Source: a phage
Sequence record: OR846335.1
DNA: 1,122 bases
Reading direction: 5' to 3' (one strand)
Positions 1 through 1,122 of this stretch are shown here, piece by piece. The position numbers were made by a program, and so were the translations under genes. The notes beneath the pieces are model-generated. The model was not told the DNA's origin. It ran no database searches and saw only the letters and a program-made list of their open reading frames with translations. Numbering within the stretch: position 1 is the first letter of the stretch; each line of letters opens with the position of its first letter.

Positions 1-1053
1 GCGTACTTTCGCCAGGCTTTGCCACGGTGAAACGTCGTTGCCGTGAACCATCCGCTCGGTGAGATAATAGAGCGTGTAGTCAGCGGAAATGCCGATAACG
101 CTCATGCTCATCACCAGCGTCATCAGGTGTAATTCACCGAAAATCAATAAAGTGGCGACCGTTCCCGCCAGCGCGCCGATGCCGATGGAAATCACGCAAA
201 GCAGCAACGGGCGTAAAGAGCGGAACACCGCCACAGTCAGCAATATCACCCCCAGCAGCGTAGCCACGCCCAGGGTGGAGATATCCTGCTTCGCCTGTTG
301 GCTGGCGTAATCGCTGTAAAACACCGTGCCGCGCGAGAGCAACTGTGCCTGCGGGTAACGCGTTTTCAGATCCTTTTCCAGCGTATTCAGGGTCGTGATC
401 AGCTGGTGGGTTTGCTGCATATCAAACGACGATCCCGCCAGTTCGCCGTGCAGCAGATACCAGTAGTTGCCCTGGGGATCCTGCGTCACCAGCCAACCGT
501 CCATCAGCCGCAAACGCTGGCCGTTTTTCGCCATTGCCAGCTGCGAGCCGCGCATTAACATCAGCGGATCGTTTTGCAGCTCCTTGCCGCTTACGCCGGA
601 GAATGCGGAATAAAGCTGGGAGAGGATCCACTGTGCCTGCGCTCCGCCGCCGTTTTGCAGGCGGGCGCGGGTGTTGGGGTCAATCAGGCCGTTGCGATGC
701 TGCCAGAAAAACGCTCCCCACGCCTGCTGGCTGGCGGCATCCATTGGCCCTTTAACGTCGCCGAGCGCAGCGGATTTTTGCAGCAGCGTCAGCCACTCCT
801 GAGCGACCAAAGGATTAGCCTCTTTACCGGGGCTGACCAGCCACACCAGTTGGCGGTCAAGACGCTGCATAAAGCCGTCATTCAGCGCCGGAGGAATATC
901 GCCCATCGTCTGTTTGGGTAACATAGCCAGCACGCTACTGTTCAGCCGTGATTGCGGCAGCAGGATCAGCAACGCCACCGCCATGACCAGGCAGACTAGC
1001 CCCCATAACAGCGCGGGGCGTTTACTGGGCGGCAAAACGTTGGCGTTCGTCAT
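1..1053 (-). CDS. MMPL / RND-superfamily inner-membrane exporter, N-terminal 351 codons; partial, the 3' end continues beyond window position 1
   Basis: Hand translation of the minus strand from ATG (plus 1051-1053) gives 351 codons with no stop down to position 1; the nearest upstream in-frame stop is TGA at plus 1063-1065. Protein begins MTNANVLPPSKRPALLWGLVCLVMAVALLILLPQS (basic N-terminus then hydrophobic helix), continues with a ~220-aa mostly hydrophilic domain, then ISTLGVATLLGVILLTVAVF / RSLRP / LLLCVISIGIGALAGTVATLLIF / GELH / LMTLVMSMSVIGISADYTLYYL. This layout (TM1, large periplasmic loop, TM2-TM4 with a G-x-x-x-D-Y helix) is the established topology of RND/MMPL transporters. Family assignment rests on topology and motif recognition, not a database search. 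Confidence 0.85.
   Translation of the reverse strand, partial: MTNANVLPPSKRPALLWGLVCLVMAVALLILLPQSRLNSSVLAMLPKQTMGDIPPALNDGFMQRLDRQLVWLVSPGKEANPLVAQEWLTLLQKSAALGDVKGPMDAASQQAWGAFFWQHRNGLIDPNTRARLQNGGGAQAQWILSQLYSAFSGVSGKELQNDPLMLMRGSQLAMAKNGQRLRLMDGWLVTQDPQGNYWYLLHGELAGSSFDMQQTHQLITTLNTLEKDLKTRYPQAQLLSRGTVFYSDYASQQAKQDISTLGVATLLGVILLTVAVFRSLRPLLLCVISIGIGALAGTVATLLIFGELHLMTLVMSMSVIGISADYTLYYLTERMVHGNDVSPWQSLAKVR
61..282 (-). other. TM2-TM4 bundle of the exporter (residues ~258-331), including the G-I-S-A-D-Y motif (Asp codon at plus 79-81, Tyr at 76-78)
   Basis: Three hydrophobic helices are separated by very short loops (RSLRP and GELH). The last carries VIGISADYTLYYL, which resembles the conserved TM4 Asp-Tyr proton-relay motif described for MmpL3/HpnN-type MMPL transporters and the TM4 acidic residues of RND pumps. 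Confidence 0.6.
283..951 (-). other. Large soluble loop between TM1 and TM2 (residues ~35-257), predicted periplasmic porter-type domain
   Basis: About 220 residues of mixed, mostly hydrophilic sequence with several Trp and no Cys, flanked by hydrophobic helices. By analogy with RND/MMPL architecture this is the first periplasmic domain. Its boundaries are estimated by eye. Confidence 0.5.
955..1014 (-). other. Predicted TM1 / signal-anchor helix of the exporter (residues ~14-33, ALLWGLVCLVMAVALLILLP), preceded by basic residues K11 and R12
   Basis: An uninterrupted run of about 20 hydrophobic residues follows Lys-Arg in the hand translation, consistent with the positive-inside rule. No lipobox is present (residues before the Cys are G-L-V, not [LVI][ASTVI][GAS]). 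Confidence 0.6.
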
Positions 1054-1122
1054 CGGTCAGTTGCGCTGGCGTCAGTTGATGTTGGGTAAGAGCAATATCG
1101 GTGCGATCGCCCTGTTTATCAT
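1022..1122 (-). CDS. 3' end of the upstream minus-strand gene (C-terminal 32 codons plus TAA stop); product unknown; partial, the 5' end is beyond window position 1122
   Basis: Minus-strand frame from plus 1120 down to 1025 is open and reads DKQGDRTDIALTQHQLTPAQLTDDERQRFAAQ, ending at TAA (plus 1022-1024). It is in a different frame from the exporter and overlaps the exporter start by 32 nt. Only 32 residues are visible, so no product call is possible; the call relies on the open frame, same-strand operon-like arrangement and enterobacterial-type codon usage. Confidence 0.5.
   Translation of the reverse strand, partial: DKQGDRTDIALTQHQLTPAQLTDDERQRFAAQ

Noticed and set aside
89-310. Plus-strand ORF, 73 aa (MPITLMLITSVIRCNSPKINK...)
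   Set aside because: Lies entirely antisense to the 351-codon minus-strand exporter frame. It is short, has no recognisable domain character and no ribosome-binding site, and is the usual kind of spurious antisense ORF in GC-rich coding DNA.
298-558. Plus-strand ORF, 86 aa, Arg/Gln-rich
   Set aside because: Antisense to the exporter CDS. The Arg/Ala/Gln-rich low-complexity composition is what antisense reading of CTG/GCG/CAG-rich codons produces. No independent support.
422-631. Minus-strand ORF, 69 aa (MDPLPALFRILRRKRQGAAKR...)
   Set aside because: On the correct strand but out of frame with the 351-codon exporter ORF it is embedded in. It is Arg/Ala-rich low-complexity sequence, so an overlapping-frame artefact.
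639-670. GC-rich inverted repeat followed by a T-run on the plus strand (ccgcc...ttttgcag...ggcgg), superficially terminator-like
   Set aside because: Lies in the middle of the minus-strand coding sequence, with no gene end nearby on either strand. The stem is short and imperfect, so it is most likely fortuitous in GC-rich coding DNA.
534-755. Plus-strand ORF, 73 aa, Arg/Ala/Gly-rich
   Set aside because: Antisense to the exporter CDS and overlapping two other spurious plus-strand ORFs in different frames. The composition is an artefact of the GC-rich complement.
574-921. Plus-strand ORF, 115 aa
   Set aside because: It is the longest listed ORF but still antisense to the continuous minus-strand gene. 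It has no TM or domain-like features and no upstream ribosome-binding site, and the minus-strand frame explains the region far better.
982-984. Internal in-frame ATG (minus strand) as an alternative exporter start
   Set aside because: Starting here would leave only about 9 hydrophobic residues (MAVALLILLP), too short for the membrane anchor, and would discard the basic K-R segment that fits the positive-inside rule.
991-1014. Possible lipoprotein signal peptide, because a Cys follows a hydrophobic stretch (LWGLVC)
   Set aside because: The residues preceding the Cys (G-L-V) do not match the lipobox consensus, and the hydrophobic stretch continues well past the Cys. It is a transmembrane anchor, not a cleaved lipoprotein signal.

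Overview
Almost the whole window is one minus-strand gene that the supplied ORF track does not list, because it runs off the window edge. It spans 1053..1 with an ATG at 1051-1053 and 351 sense codons without a stop; I translated every codon by hand. The product reads as the N-terminal part of an MMPL / RND-superfamily inner-membrane exporter: a short basic N-terminus, one hydrophobic anchor helix, a roughly 220-residue soluble (periplasmic-type) domain, then three closely spaced transmembrane helices, the last carrying a G-I-S-A-D-Y motif. The last ~100 nt (1022..1122, minus strand, different frame) are the 3' end of the preceding gene, whose TAA stop lies 32 nt inside the exporter ORF, so the two are probably co-transcribed and translationally coupled. 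All four plus-strand ORFs and the minus-strand ORF at 422..631 in the track are best explained as antisense or out-of-frame artefacts of this GC-rich gene (hand count about 58% GC). There is no intergenic DNA in the window, so no promoter, terminator, RNA gene, repeat array or mobile element can be supported. I see no evidence in this window for an undescribed system; the most useful lead is that exporters of this type usually sit in lipid or polyene biosynthesis/export clusters, which only flanking sequence can confirm.
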